From a virus: DNA of 64,000 bases. Location: positions 1-64,000 of IMG/VR virus record IMGVR_UViG_3300031949_000005; one strand, 5' to 3'. This document shows, in pieces, positions 20,187-30,676 of the stretch. Every line of letters starts with the position of its first letter. The first letter of the stretch is position 1. The translations under genes and the position numbers were made by a program. Below the pieces are notes generated by a model. The model did no database searches, was not told the DNA's origin, and worked only from the letters and a program-made list of their open reading frames with translations.

Positions 20187-23125
20187 TATAGATCACACTT
20201 TCCATTTGGACATGAATTATCGGTTGCTTCTAATTTGCATTTATCTATATATTTTTTAGCATCTTTCAATTCTAATGCCATTAATGGGCTTTCTCCCTTG
20301 CTTCCTTCTCTATATACGGTGATTCCCTTTAAATTTTCTATATTTTTTCTTATTAAAGAAGATAATTCTTTTGACTCAAAATCATTCGGCAAATTAATTG
20401 TTTTACTAATAGCATTATCAATATGTTTTTGACATATTATCTGCATTTTTATATGAGATTCTGGTGATATCTCATGAGATCCCTGGAAATGAGATATATT
20501 TTTATTTGCTTTAATAAATTCTGCTAATAAAGGAGCTATAACTATTTCAAAATCTTTTTCTCTTTGATTAGAGTTTATTTTATGTCTATTAAAATTTCTT
20601 CTATATACTGGTGCAAACATCGGTTCTATACCAGAACTACATCCAGCCACGATGGAAGTTGTACCAGTCGGAGGAACATTAAGTAATGCACAATTTCTTA
20701 TACCGTGTTGTAATATTCTTCTTTTTAAGTAAGGTGGCAACGATGATTTACAAAAGCCGCTTTTAATAAAGGCTTCTCTGTCTAGGGATGGAAATTGACC
20801 TTTTTCTAGCGATAGAAATATAGATGCTTCATATGCTCTTTTTTTAATAAACTCCATTATTTTATCAATTATTTGATAAGATTCTTTTGAATCATACTTG
20901 AATCCTAGTTTAAGTACCATATCATGGAGACCCATAATACCTAGTCCTATTCGCCGATGATTATTGCATACCCGTTCTATTTCTTTAAGAGGAAAATGAT
21001 TTTGTGTTAAAACATTATCTAGAAATCTAACTGCTAAATGTATAGTTTCATCAAGCATATCCCAATTTATTTCATTTTCGCTAATATGTGTTGATAAAAT
21101 AATTGATCCTAAACAACAACAATCAAATGGGCTTAACCATATTTCGCCGCAAGGATTTGTGGAAATCAATTCTTCTATATAATAAATATTATTTTGTTTA
21201 TTAGCGAATCCAATATTAAGAATACCAGGATCTCCCGATTTTAAAGAATTGGCTACTATCTTATCCCATAAATCTGTTGATTTAATTTTAGAAAATTCTT
21301 TTCCATGCCATTTAAAAACTATATCTTCTTCTTTGTCTAATAATTTGAGAAAATCATCATCTATGCATACGGAAATATTCGCATTATTTAATTGTCCCTT
21401 GTCTAGCTTTACCTCTAAGAATTCTGGTATATCTGGATGATTCCAATTTAAACAAAACATTAATGCGCTTCTTCTGGAGCCACCGGCTCTTAATTCTTCA
21501 CATGCCGCATTAATCATTCTCATTAACGATACCGAACCAGTAGAATGTCCGCCGGTCCCTCTTATTTCCGCACCTCGTGGTCTTACTTTAGAAAAATTAA
21601 TTCCTACACCACCTTCTGTGCCAGAGATAATAATTACATTTCTAAGAGTTTCTCCCCATCCCTCTCTGTGATCAATTTCATCTTCTATGACAAAACAATT
21701 TTTGCAGACTATTCCCATTACCTGAAGTGTATGATTTTCTTCTACTGATATATCAAAAACTTCATCATTATAATATATTTCTTTTATTCCTTCAACTCTT
21801 TTCCATTTATGGATATCTAAATCAAAAGGTTTAGAGCCATTAAGTATATTAAGAAATTTTTGAAAATTATTGTTAATAGAACATTGTTTGCTAAATAATA
21901 TTGAATACGGAACAGAATAACGATCTTCTCTTGTTTTTGAGGTTTTAAGACTATAGGATATTTCTAACTTATTGCCCATTATAAATAATTGGGTCATTAA
22001 TGTTGGATTACACATAGTTAACAAATTAGAGTTACTTTCTATATTATGGCATCCATCCCCCCTGCATGAATAACCTATTAATGTTAGGAGATATTCTTCT
22101 GGAAGATTTAGAAACCACCAAGGTATTTTTTTAGTATTAAAAGCATCTCCTATCCAATTTAACATAAAATTATGAGCTATTCTGCTGTTTAATCTTACTT
22201 GATACCATCCAGACCAATCAGGATGATCTGGGTTATTAGGAGTATATTCCTTTATATGAACACCTTTGCCAAAAATATTTTCGGCTAATTGTTTACATTC
22301 ATTTACATAATTAATTTCATCTTTCCCAAATGTCCATATCAAAGTATCTCCATGGGATTCGGCGCATCCTTCTGATAAATAATATCCCAATAGTTTCATT
22401 AGATCTATATTTATCTCTATGGTCGCTTTAACAGGAGTAATTGTTTTGTTAATGCCTCTTGGTTTATTTTTTCCATTCTTGATCCATCTTTTCAGAGAAT
22501 TATGTTTGTATATTAAATTATCTTCTATAAATAGATTATCTTTTTCTATTGTCAGAAAATCCATTACATTGATATTTTTTGGTATATTATCTTTATCGTT
22601 GTATCCTGGTGTATATACATAATCCCCTTCTTTAATATCCTCTGCTTTTTTCCATCCATTCTGGGTATAAATTTCATGATCATTAGTGACCATCAAAATA
22701 TCATTTGGCATTCTATCTATTTGAATATTTAATAATTTTTCTTTCTTACCTTGAGAAAAATGATTAACAACTTTTTTAAACGTTCCATCTATAGTTAACA
22801 CCTCGTCTCCTATAATTATATCTTTTATTGGAATAATTCCCCTTCTACATACAACTGGAGTTTCTTTATGAAAACAATTCAATAATTGTCCCTTCGGTCT
22901 ACCACTTCCTCTCCACGTCCTACCCCCTGGGGAAAATCTATTAGTTGATAATATGTTAAAGAATTGTTCATAATATTTATTTCTTTTTTCACCTATTTCT
23001 GCATCCGCAATATATCTAGATACTCTACCACACGCCTCTTCAAAAGTTTCGTCGAGATGGATAGCATATCTATCCTTAAAAATCTGTAGAGCGAATCCTT
23101 CTGGTGTGTATTTTGGCAGCGACAT
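20186..23125 (-). CDS. nrdJ: ribonucleotide reductase, probably class II, with intein
   Basis: PGGR, NCFV, TNPCGEI, PTGT.S, SSGIEP, terminal CPNGKC; no beta subunit in window. Confidence 0.88.
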   Translation of the reverse strand: MSLPKYTPEGFALQIFKDRYAIHLDETFEEACGRVSRYIADAEIGEKRNKYYEQFFNILSTNRFSPGGRTWRGSGRPKGQLLNCFHKETPVVCRRGIIPIKDIIIGDEVLTIDGTFKKVVNHFSQGKKEKLLNIQIDRMPNDILMVTNDHEIYTQNGWKKAEDIKEGDYVYTPGYNDKDNIPKNINVMDFLTIEKDNLFIEDNLIYKHNSLKRWIKNGKNKPRGINKTITPVKATIEINIDLMKLLGYYLSEGCAESHGDTLIWTFGKDEINYVNECKQLAENIFGKGVHIKEYTPNNPDHPDWSGWYQVRLNSRIAHNFMLNWIGDAFNTKKIPWWFLNLPEEYLLTLIGYSCRGDGCHNIESNSNLLTMCNPTLMTQLFIMGNKLEISYSLKTSKTREDRYSVPYSILFSKQCSINNNFQKFLNILNGSKPFDLDIHKWKRVEGIKEIYYNDEVFDISVEENHTLQVMGIVCKNCFVIEDEIDHREGWGETLRNVIIISGTEGGVGINFSKVRPRGAEIRGTGGHSTGSVSLMRMINAACEELRAGGSRRSALMFCLNWNHPDIPEFLEVKLDKGQLNNANISVCIDDDFLKLLDKEEDIVFKWHGKEFSKIKSTDLWDKIVANSLKSGDPGILNIGFANKQNNIYYIEELISTNPCGEIWLSPFDCCCLGSIILSTHISENEINWDMLDETIHLAVRFLDNVLTQNHFPLKEIERVCNNHRRIGLGIMGLHDMVLKLGFKYDSKESYQIIDKIMEFIKKRAYEASIFLSLEKGQFPSLDREAFIKSGFCKSSLPPYLKRRILQHGIRNCALLNVPPTGTTSIVAGCSSGIEPMFAPVYRRNFNRHKINSNQREKDFEIVIAPLLAEFIKANKNISHFQGSHEISPESHIKMQIICQKHIDNAISKTINLPNDFESKELSSLIRKNIENLKGITVYREGSKGESPLMALELKDAKKYIDKCKLEATDNSCPNGKCDL
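21698..22876 (-). mobile_element. intein (393 aa) with LAGLIDADG homing endonuclease
   Basis: CFHKETPV start, VTNDH block B, LLGYYLSEG / LIGYSCRGDG, VFDISV..HT...VCKN|C. Confidence 0.9.
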
Positions 23126-23132
23126 ACTACTC

Positions 23133-23651
23133 CTAATTCTTTATAAAATTTTGTATTACTTTTTTAATTCTATTTTGAACAATATCACTATTTAATATTT
23201 CTAAGTCAGGTTTCCATTCTCTTGCCAATATATTGCTTGATTGTAATAATTTTTTAATTAAATCGCTATTATTATCATTTGTGTGGGGACTATTATTAGC
23301 ACTAGATTTAACTGGACCATAAACAACCTCTTTGATACCACTTTGTATTATACTCAACCAGCATTTTTCGCATGGTGGACCAGTTACATATAATTTCGTT
23401 CCATTTAAACATCTTTTAGAACAGAGAATAGCATTTAATTCGCTGTGGACCATTCCAGAGTATTTCTCTGGTCTAGTCATAGGTATTTGATCATTGTTAA
23501 ATCCTCTTGGCCATCCATTGAATCCCTGGGATACAACAATGTTATCTTTATCAACTATGATCGAACCATGCTGGGTGTCAGGATCGTGACTTCTTAATGA
23601 TATTAGAAGCGCTTCGAACATGAAGTAGTCGTCCCATGTTATTCTGTTCAT
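23133..23651 (-). CDS. dCMP deaminase
   Basis: RSHDP, GFNG, HSELNA, PCEKC. Confidence 0.9.
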   Translation of the reverse strand: MNRITWDDYFMFEALLISLRSHDPDTQHGSIIVDKDNIVVSQGFNGWPRGFNNDQIPMTRPEKYSGMVHSELNAILCSKRCLNGTKLYVTGPPCEKCWLSIIQSGIKEVVYGPVKSSANNSPHTNDNNSDLIKKLLQSSNILAREWKPDLEILNSDIVQNRIKKVIQNFIKN

Positions 23652-24400
23652 ATAATATTATTATTTATAAGAAAAGATAGAAATGATGGGGTTGAAATAA
23701 AATATCCCAAGTGCGGTATAAAAATATCGTTAAATGCTTCGGTCCTAATTACAAGTCCTATCAATTGATATTCCCCATTAATCTTAATAAATAATCCACC
23801 GCCACTACTTCCTGGTGAAACTTTGACATCAGACATTATATACCATCGGTTATTTTTCTTTATAATTTTTGATATTACACCAGATGTTATTGTTGGAGAT
23901 TCCCCCATTTGACAACCGATAGAATAAACATTTTTAAAGACTTTGATCGAATCAAAATTTAATCCTTTATATATTAAGGCCGGTTTCAATTTCAGATCTG
24001 ATATAAAATTCAATATAGAAACATCATTATTAATATCAATATCTACTATTCTAGCTTTTTCTTGTTTAATTTCTTCTGAATGTTCGTCATATATAGTTAT
24101 ATTTATATTAAATTCTGATCCTTCAAAACCCGCCAAAAGACCAAACATAATACCTTCGCCTAAAACAACATGTCCCGCTGTTAAGACATAATAACTATAT
24201 TTATTATTATCGAGTAATTCTTTTTTGACAATTACCCCAGTCCCTATATTATTGTCTGGAGTATTGATTTTAACAGTTTGTTTTATACTCTCTAATCTAT
24301 TATTACTGTAACCTGGATGTAAAATTAAAGCAATGAGAATTATGGAAAGTATACTACCAATAAAACAGAAGCAAATTCCTTTCCAATCTGGTTTATACAT
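23648..24400 (-). CDS. membrane-anchored trypsin-like serine protease
   Basis: N-terminal TM; LTAGHV, D, PGSSGGGLF. Confidence 0.85.
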   Translation of the reverse strand: MYKPDWKGICFCFIGSILSIILIALILHPGYSNNRLESIKQTVKINTPDNNIGTGVIVKKELLDNNKYSYYVLTAGHVVLGEGIMFGLLAGFEGSEFNINITIYDEHSEEIKQEKARIVDIDINNDVSILNFISDLKLKPALIYKGLNFDSIKVFKNVYSIGCQMGESPTITSGVISKIIKKNNRWYIMSDVKVSPGSSGGGLFIKINGEYQLIGLVIRTEAFNDIFIPHLGYFISTPSFLSFLINNNII

Positions 24401-24405
24401 GTCAA

Positions 24406-24723
24406 TTATGGATTATCGTTTGGACAATTGTTGGCCGCTGGATTAGCCGTAATATAAATGTCGGCTTCCACACCTTCCAATTCGATGCCTTCTACTAATT
24501 TGGCCCGTAATGGTCCTAGTCGAGCATGTACAAATGCGGTTACATTATTATCTCTTGCTGCTTTATTAACAACTTCTGTTAAATCTTGTACTGATTTTAT
24601 TTGCTCTGGGGAAAACTTAGCACCATTAACACAACCAGTAGTCAAAGGACATCCAACTAAACTAGCAAGAAGCGCTACAACCATGGAAAAATCTACAACT
24701 CTGAGTGACATAAACTTTTTCAT
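24406..24723 (-). CDS. predicted lipoprotein
   Basis: Signal peptide ending LVGC. Confidence 0.55.
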   Translation of the reverse strand: MKKFMSLRVVDFSMVVALLASLVGCPLTTGCVNGAKFSPEQIKSVQDLTEVVNKAARDNNVTAFVHARLGPLRAKLVEGIELEGVEADIYITANPAANNCPNDNP

Positions 24724-24750
24724 TTTTTTCCTTTCATAAAAGACTCTTAT

Positions 24751-25030
24751 TTATACACCTTGATTACTATCTAAATCATAATCAAAATTTCTTTCTCTTT
24801 TTGTTTTTCTTAGTTTTTTGAAAATATTTTCCTTCTTTTTATTTGTTTTTAATTCTGTCACATCTATTTGATACAATGAGGTACATTTTACTATTTTGGT
24901 TTTTGGGTTAATATGGGTTTCTCTACATATACCAAAACATTTTAAAGTGTGACTTGCACCACATGCGCACAAATCAATTCCCAACAAACTAAATAATTTT
25001 TTATTTTTTTCTTTCTTTTTATTATTTTTC
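24751..25030 (-). CDS. hypothetical basic Cys-containing protein
   Basis: Probable start near MKNNKK; start coordinate approximate. Confidence 0.45.
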
Positions 25031-25576
25031 ATAAAATTCCTTGGACAAATTTGGAAATTTCTTTCTAATTCTAAATATAGCATCATTTTTGATAGAATGA
25101 ACCACTGGTATCTGTATCTGCAATTCTTCTCCAATTTCTCCTAGTGTCTTACATCCTAATATAGAATCTACCAATATTCTTTTTTCTAATTTAGTCAAAA
25201 TTGATAGAACTTCATTGATAAATATTTTATTCCTGAAATCTTGTTTTTCACTTTTGAATAAATTCATATTATCTATAGGATGTATCTTATTATATTTTTT
25301 TCTAAATTTTATACTATTGTTTTTAATCATATTATAGATGAAAATCCAAAGAAAAATTCTAAATGAGGGAGTTTTGGTTTTATTTGGATCAAAAAATATC
25401 ATAGCTTTTAAAAGTTCAAAGTTCGCTAACGATATCATGTCGTCAATACCCATTATATTAATATTATATTTATTATGAGATTTATTATAAATACTTAATA
25501 CAATTTTTTGAATATCATCATGAAGTAATAATAAAAAATGATTATAATAAGATTTTGTTATTCTTCTTTTAAACAA
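25022..25576 (-). CDS. sigma70-like protein
   Basis: DDMIS....LLKA..FDP....F region 2; KTLGEIGEEL region 4 HTH. Confidence 0.7.
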   Translation of the reverse strand: MFKRRITKSYYNHFLLLLHDDIQKIVLSIYNKSHNKYNINIMGIDDMISLANFELLKAMIFFDPNKTKTPSFRIFLWIFIYNMIKNNSIKFRKKYNKIHPIDNMNLFKSEKQDFRNKIFINEVLSILTKLEKRILVDSILGCKTLGEIGEELQIQIPVVHSIKNDAIFRIRKKFPNLSKEFYEK

Positions 25577-26196
25577 TTATTTGTTCCTTTATTAGCATAA
25601 ATCTCTAACCTTTTAGTCCACATATTATCTATTATACCGATTCCTATAGCTTGTTTTGGTGTCATCCAATGATTAATTTCCATTAATTTATACAATTTCT
25701 TATAACCAATTTTTGTTCTTTTAGATAGACTTTTTATCTTCTCTATATAATCGCCTTTCATATAATCAAGTCCAACATTTTGATGAGAAATAGTTTCTGG
25801 ACCCATGGATAGATAAAATGGATGAACCATAACCATCGAATTTTTTGTTATATATCTTAATCCTTTTGTTCCATAAGCTGCGATTATTGCAGCCATAGAA
25901 CTAGCCTGACCACGAATAATGGTATATATTGGGAACGGTGATAATTCCATCTGATCTATTATAGAGTATCCGCATATAACGTCGCCCCCTTGCGAACATA
26001 TATACATATATACTGGATCTTTGGTATCAGAATAAAATTGAAGGCTTGTATTTACATATAGTGCTAGTGATTCATTTATTTCGCCTATTAAAGTTATATG
26101 TCTTTTTTTAATTGTACGATTTAAAACTTCTGGCGGTGGTTGAATTATACACGAGTCTGACTCAGGAATAACATCTTCGTCAAGATTTTGGGGCAC
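25558..26196 (-). CDS. clpP: ClpP-family protease
   Basis: ICSQGGDV, GQASSMAA, MVHP; start moved to GTG after AAGGAG. Confidence 0.85.
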   Translation of the reverse strand: MPQNLDEDVIPESDSCIIQPPPEVLNRTIKKRHITLIGEINESLALYVNTSLQFYSDTKDPVYMYICSQGGDVICGYSIIDQMELSPFPIYTIIRGQASSMAAIIAAYGTKGLRYITKNSMVMVHPFYLSMGPETISHQNVGLDYMKGDYIEKIKSLSKRTKIGYKKLYKLMEINHWMTPKQAIGIGIIDNMWTKRLEIYANKGTNNCLKEE

Positions 26197-26236
26197 ATAT
26201 TGCTCCTTAATTATCTTATATATTATACACTGAATT

Positions 26237-27061
26237 TTATGTTTCTTTAAATTGATTAGTAACGGCTTGTGATCCATCTGGTAAACTAATTAATTCAATT
26301 CCATGCATTATTAGTGGAAATCTTTCTTTCATTATTTTATACATTTTAGCAGCCAAATTCCGAATTTCTCTATCGGCGGCTGCACTAGCCCTCATGGTAA
26401 TAAAATGTCTCAATGATCTTCCATTCATTGTAACGAAAATTCTTGTTTCGGTACAATTTGGCAATATACTTCTAGCAGCTTCTCTAGCCTTTTTTCTTTT
26501 TTCGGTTTTATCTGATAAGTCTTTGTATAATTCCGATAATGATTCGGTTAACTTAGAATATAATTCTAAACTTTCCAAACAAGATTTTTCCCATGATTCA
26601 TAGATATCTTTCTGACTTTCTTTAAGTTCCTGTATAGCTGGTGGTACTACGAAATTGACATCAGAACTATCGACGTATCGTTGGGATAATTGCGAATACG
26701 AGGCAAGTCTATGTCTAACGAGTTCGTGTGTTAAAGAACGGCTTACCTGCCATATAACAAAATTAAAATTAGAATGTTCTATTACGGAAAAATGACCAAC
26801 CTCTATTAAGTGTTTAACATGATCCTCATGGCTCCGTCCCTTACCGGAGTAGCTCATATAACATAAGCGTCCTGCCATTTCCGGTATCCATTCCGGATCA
26901 GAATCACCAAGATCCAAATTATTATCAAACTTTTCTTTTAAACTAGGCCATTCTGTATTATTTAAACTAAGAAAATCATCAATCCCATCAATATCCATAA
27001 TATTATGACCAACTAGACGCACACTCGGTTCTGTTAAGAACTTAGTCATCGCTTTCTCCAA
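26237..27061 (-). CDS. thyX: flavin-dependent thymidylate synthase
   Basis: GHFSVIEH, THELVRHRLASYSQLSQRY. Confidence 0.95.
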   Translation of the reverse strand: MEKAMTKFLTEPSVRLVGHNIMDIDGIDDFLSLNNTEWPSLKEKFDNNLDLGDSDPEWIPEMAGRLCYMSYSGKGRSHEDHVKHLIEVGHFSVIEHSNFNFVIWQVSRSLTHELVRHRLASYSQLSQRYVDSSDVNFVVPPAIQELKESQKDIYESWEKSCLESLELYSKLTESLSELYKDLSDKTEKRKKAREAARSILPNCTETRIFVTMNGRSLRHFITMRASAAADREIRNLAAKMYKIMKERFPLIMHGIELISLPDGSQAVTNQFKET

Positions 27062-27662
27062 AAAGATTGTTCAACAAAACAAATAATTTATCAATATTTT
27101 CTGGACATACCACTTTATCCGGTGATATTTCTAAAAGATTACGATTATATGGTTGCGGGAAGAGTATAGATGTTCCGCCGTTATTGGCAAAATCAAGACA
27201 TTTTTCAATAGTGTCATCTATTAATACTCTATTTGGTCCTGCTAAAATTCCCTTGTCATTACTTATTATGATTCTATTCTCGCTTACTAAATCGTGAAAA
27301 TGTTTCTTTAAAAAGTTTAATTTTCCTGTAGCCGAATAAGTTGCTGTTTTGCTAGGAGAAGTTAATACATATGTTTTATAACTACTAGATAGACATAGTT
27401 TAATTAATCTTTCGGCCCATGGGTACAATTCTAGATTTTCCCAGAATCTTATGTTATTAAAATTTAACCAAAATGTATTTTGATTTGAAAAGTTAAAATC
27501 TTTATATATTTCATTAGGATTTTTTGTATTATGTAAATCTATTGTTGGAGGATAATGATGGGTAGATGATGAAAAATCTACGAAATGATTTTCTATACCT
27601 TTTAAAATATTAACTAACACGCCATCCATATCGAGAAAAATTATTTTTTCAAATTTGATCAT
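27042..27662 (-). CDS. HAD 5'(3')-deoxyribonucleotidase-like
   Basis: FLDMDGVL, LTSP, GK, LIDD. Confidence 0.85.
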   Translation of the reverse strand: MIKFEKIIFLDMDGVLVNILKGIENHFVDFSSSTHHYPPTIDLHNTKNPNEIYKDFNFSNQNTFWLNFNNIRFWENLELYPWAERLIKLCLSSSYKTYVLTSPSKTATYSATGKLNFLKKHFHDLVSENRIIISNDKGILAGPNRVLIDDTIEKCLDFANNGGTSILFPQPYNRNLLEISPDKVVCPENIDKLFVLLNNLFGESDD

Positions 27663-27831
27663 TTAATATTTTTCCTATAGAACAAAGAATTCTTTGAACA
27701 TCTTCTATAGAGTTTGAAGAAACATCTAATCTGTGTATATAGAATTGTTCTTGAATAATGTTCCCCATGTGTCTTAAAGACCTTTCTATTTTGTCTAATC
27801 TATTTTTCATTTCATTTATTTCTTTTGACAT
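27649..27831 (-). CDS. hypothetical protein
   Basis: Tiles. Confidence 0.5.
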   Translation of the reverse strand: MSKEINEMKNRLDKIERSLRHMGNIIQEQFYIHRLDVSSNSIEDVQRILCSIGKILNDQI

Positions 27832-28267
27832 TTTTTACCAACTTTCCATATGAATTTATTAACATACCTTTTAAATGATCATATTCATGTTGACATACTA
27901 TTGCTTTATCCTTTCTTAGTATTTGTTTTTTATTTTTACCCTCAATATCTAAATAATCTATTTCTATATATAAGTATCTAGTAATTTTATATGACTTTTC
28001 AGGAATAGATAAACATGATTCTATTGATTGCACAGTGAAACCATCGTATTTCATAATAGGATTTATAAAAACATCGTCTTTAGTAACAAATAATTTTATA
28101 TTAAAACCGATTTGTGGCGCTGATAGTCCTAATGCTTTATGTTCTTTTATAGTTAATTTCATTCTATCCACTAATTCATAGATATATTTCGGATAAGGAA
28201 TTTGTATATCAACACATGGTTTTTTTAATCTTTTATCTGGATATTTAAGTATTTGCAATATATTCAC
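27812..28267 (-). CDS. def: peptide deformylase
   Basis: GLSAPQIG, ESCLS, QHEYDHLKG. Confidence 0.93.
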   Translation of the reverse strand: MNILQILKYPDKRLKKPCVDIQIPYPKYIYELVDRMKLTIKEHKALGLSAPQIGFNIKLFVTKDDVFINPIMKYDGFTVQSIESCLSIPEKSYKITRYLYIEIDYLDIEGKNKKQILRKDKAIVCQHEYDHLKGMLINSYGKLVKNVKRNK

Positions 28268-28470
28268 TATATTAATCCTATAAGTTTTTTAAGTTCTTTT
28301 GTTTGGATACATAAATACCATTCTTCTAATTCTAGTTTATCTCCGACTTTCAATTCTTTATCATCTTCGTGGTGTGACAAATCAAATAAATAAGTTGTTC
28401 CACCCATTTTAGTTTGCGCTATTCCTATATATGACGTATCTCCATTGACATATCCTTTATATATTTCCAC
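28267..28470 (-). CDS. hypothetical protein
   Basis: GTG start after GGAG; tiles. Confidence 0.5.
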   Translation of the reverse strand: MEIYKGYVNGDTSYIGIAQTKMGGTTYLFDLSHHEDDKELKVGDKLELEEWYLCIQTKELKKLIGLI

Positions 28471-28502
28471 GTTATTTCTCCAAAATAAGTTCTTTTATAT
28501 TA

Positions 28503-28934
28503 CTAGACATATCTATTATTTGATTCTCCCTTTATTATCACTTTCTTATTTGTTGTCTTGGCGTAATCAATAATATGTTCCATATCAGGAGACTTATTAT
28601 AACAAAATACAATTACTATATCGCACAAATCTATAATCTTAAAATTATTTTTAATTTCTGTTAATAATATATTATTATCTTTCGCGTATTCCTGTATATC
28701 TTTGGTCCTATTACTGACTATCCATTTAATTTTATATTTATTTAAATCAGGGATGCATGAACCAATGATAGCATAACATATGGTATTGCAAATCCACGAT
28801 AATAGATGGCCGTGACAGAGAAGTGGGGCACAATAACATCCTAGTGTTTTGTTTATCAATTCTTTTCTTATGTTTATAAGATAATCTACGTTTGAGAACA
28901 CTTTTTGTTTGAATTTTTGTAATTTCTTTTTCAA
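28503..28934 (-). pseudogene. 5'-truncated DUF4326 + degenerate SLOG-like fusion
   Basis: KTLGCYCAPLLCHGHLL without the usual N-terminal half; overlaps 28747..29001 out of frame. Confidence 0.5.
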
Positions 28935-29011
28935 GTTCTTTGATTCTATTTTTTAATACTTCATCCACTTTCTCTTTTGAGATATCTGCTTCTATTTTCA
29001 TATAAAATTCC

Positions 29012-30445
29012 TTATAAGATTTTATAATTAATGTCTACGTTATTAAATTCAGAGGGACTTATAATCGCAAGTTGCTCTAACACTCTCTTTCTTAAAGATA
29101 TTGCTATATCTAATACTAATTTTAATTCCTCTTCATTAATATTTTTTACTGTTTTGCTAGGAAACATAAGTTTTAATAAACCAGATGCCATTCTTGTTAC
29201 TGCTACTTCATTTCTTTGCCCAATATTTTCAAATTTAATTTTACTGGAAATAATATATCCATAATTTCTTGATCTAAGACGATGCATTATCTCGCTGAAA
29301 TAATCAGCCATGAATCCTATTGATTTAGAAATATTCTCTGATTTAATTTGTGGCGCTATCCACCCAGGTATAAACCCATGGATACGATCTAAAAACGCCC
29401 TATCGTTTCTAATAGTTTCTGGCAGTGGTAAGAAAAGATGTCTATAGGTATTTCTAACCGTTTTATCTTCCCTATTACATATTATATTACCAGCGAACAT
29501 TATACTTGATTCAGAAGAAAATTCTCTATTATCTCTACTAAATTTTCCCGTATTTAAATAATCTTTTAATATTGATATTATTTCATCATTTTTAGAAAAG
29601 TTAGCATTTGTTATTTCGTCAAACATAACAACATCACGATTGACTATTATACCAGTTTGTCGTCTTAATTTATTATAAAATAACGAAGCAACAGTTGTCA
29701 TTGAACCAGATATAACGAATCCATACGAACTAAGAGATCTGTACGCAAATGTTTTGCCAGTTTCTGGCGGACCTAATTCTATCATATTAATATTGGATTC
29801 AACAAACGGAATAAGCCTGATTATATATATGAATTTTTCATCCCTAGATAATGAAGATGGATCGAAACCAATCGTTGATATAATTAAATCTATCCATTCT
29901 TCTAAAGAAAATTCTTGGCTTTTCCTGATCCAATCATCTAAATTAATTCTAGTAACTTGGAATGGAATGAAATTAGTAATCAATAATGGATAAGTTGTAT
30001 TTTTTATTTTAAAAGATTGATCATAACAAATAGTTATTGTCCCCCATGCTCCAGTCGTTAAAAGAGCTTCATTATGTTGTTTTAATATATCGTAAGATAT
30101 TCTTGCATTCTTTTCTTCAAGCGCTTCGACATCTACAAAATATTCTTCTTTATTGTTATCGTATCTACATTTAATATGGCCTATTAAATTATATTGACCA
30201 ATTTCTTTTATTCTGCTTTTGATTAATTCCTTTTGATTAGATTCTATATAATGATTATTAATTAAATCATTTATTTTTACTACTCCCTCGGACGGATTAT
30301 TGGTGTTAACTAATATACTTATTAAATAATCTGAAACAAATCTTGGTAACTTTTTAAAATTATCTGATAAATTATTTAAACTTTTGTCAACTATCGTCCC
30401 AGGCATAGTGAAAATATTTCTAACCTTGTTTTCTATGCCTACCAT
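29012..30445 (-). CDS. BrxL-like AAA+ ATPase lacking the Lon protease domain
   Basis: LPRFV..YL, ELGPPETGKT, TVASLFYN, VMFDE, AFLDRIHG.IPGW, GFMADYFSE. Confidence 0.85.
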   Translation of the reverse strand: MVGIENKVRNIFTMPGTIVDKSLNNLSDNFKKLPRFVSDYLISILVNTNNPSEGVVKINDLINNHYIESNQKELIKSRIKEIGQYNLIGHIKCRYDNNKEEYFVDVEALEEKNARISYDILKQHNEALLTTGAWGTITICYDQSFKIKNTTYPLLITNFIPFQVTRINLDDWIRKSQEFSLEEWIDLIISTIGFDPSSLSRDEKFIYIIRLIPFVESNINMIELGPPETGKTFAYRSLSSYGFVISGSMTTVASLFYNKLRRQTGIIVNRDVVMFDEITNANFSKNDEIISILKDYLNTGKFSRDNREFSSESSIMFAGNIICNREDKTVRNTYRHLFLPLPETIRNDRAFLDRIHGFIPGWIAPQIKSENISKSIGFMADYFSEIMHRLRSRNYGYIISSKIKFENIGQRNEVAVTRMASGLLKLMFPSKTVKNINEEELKLVLDIAISLRKRVLEQLAIISPSEFNNVDINYKIL

Positions 30446-30454
30446 TATATCCCT

Positions 30455-30676
30455 TTACTGTTTTAAGAAAAATAAACAATCATTCTTTTCTATAAATTGT
30501 TCTTCCTTAATAATTTGTCTATTATCCAATAAATTAAACAAACATTTAATATGAAAATTATTATCCATCAAATTTTCGAAAGAAAATTCTTCGTTAAATA
30601 TATTTTGACATCTGATTATTTTTGCAACTTGCTCTTCTTTTTGAATTTCGGTTTTACATATTTCGCATTTTATCAT
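30455..30676 (-). CDS. hypothetical Zn-finger protein
   Basis: CEIC...HIKC. Confidence 0.55.
   Translation of the reverse strand: MIKCEICKTEIQKEEQVAKIIRCQNIFNEEFSFENLMDNNFHIKCLFNLLDNRQIIKEEQFIEKNDCLFFLKQ

Noticed and set aside
29012-30445. Complete BREX system
   Set aside because: No pglX, pglZ or brxC in the window.
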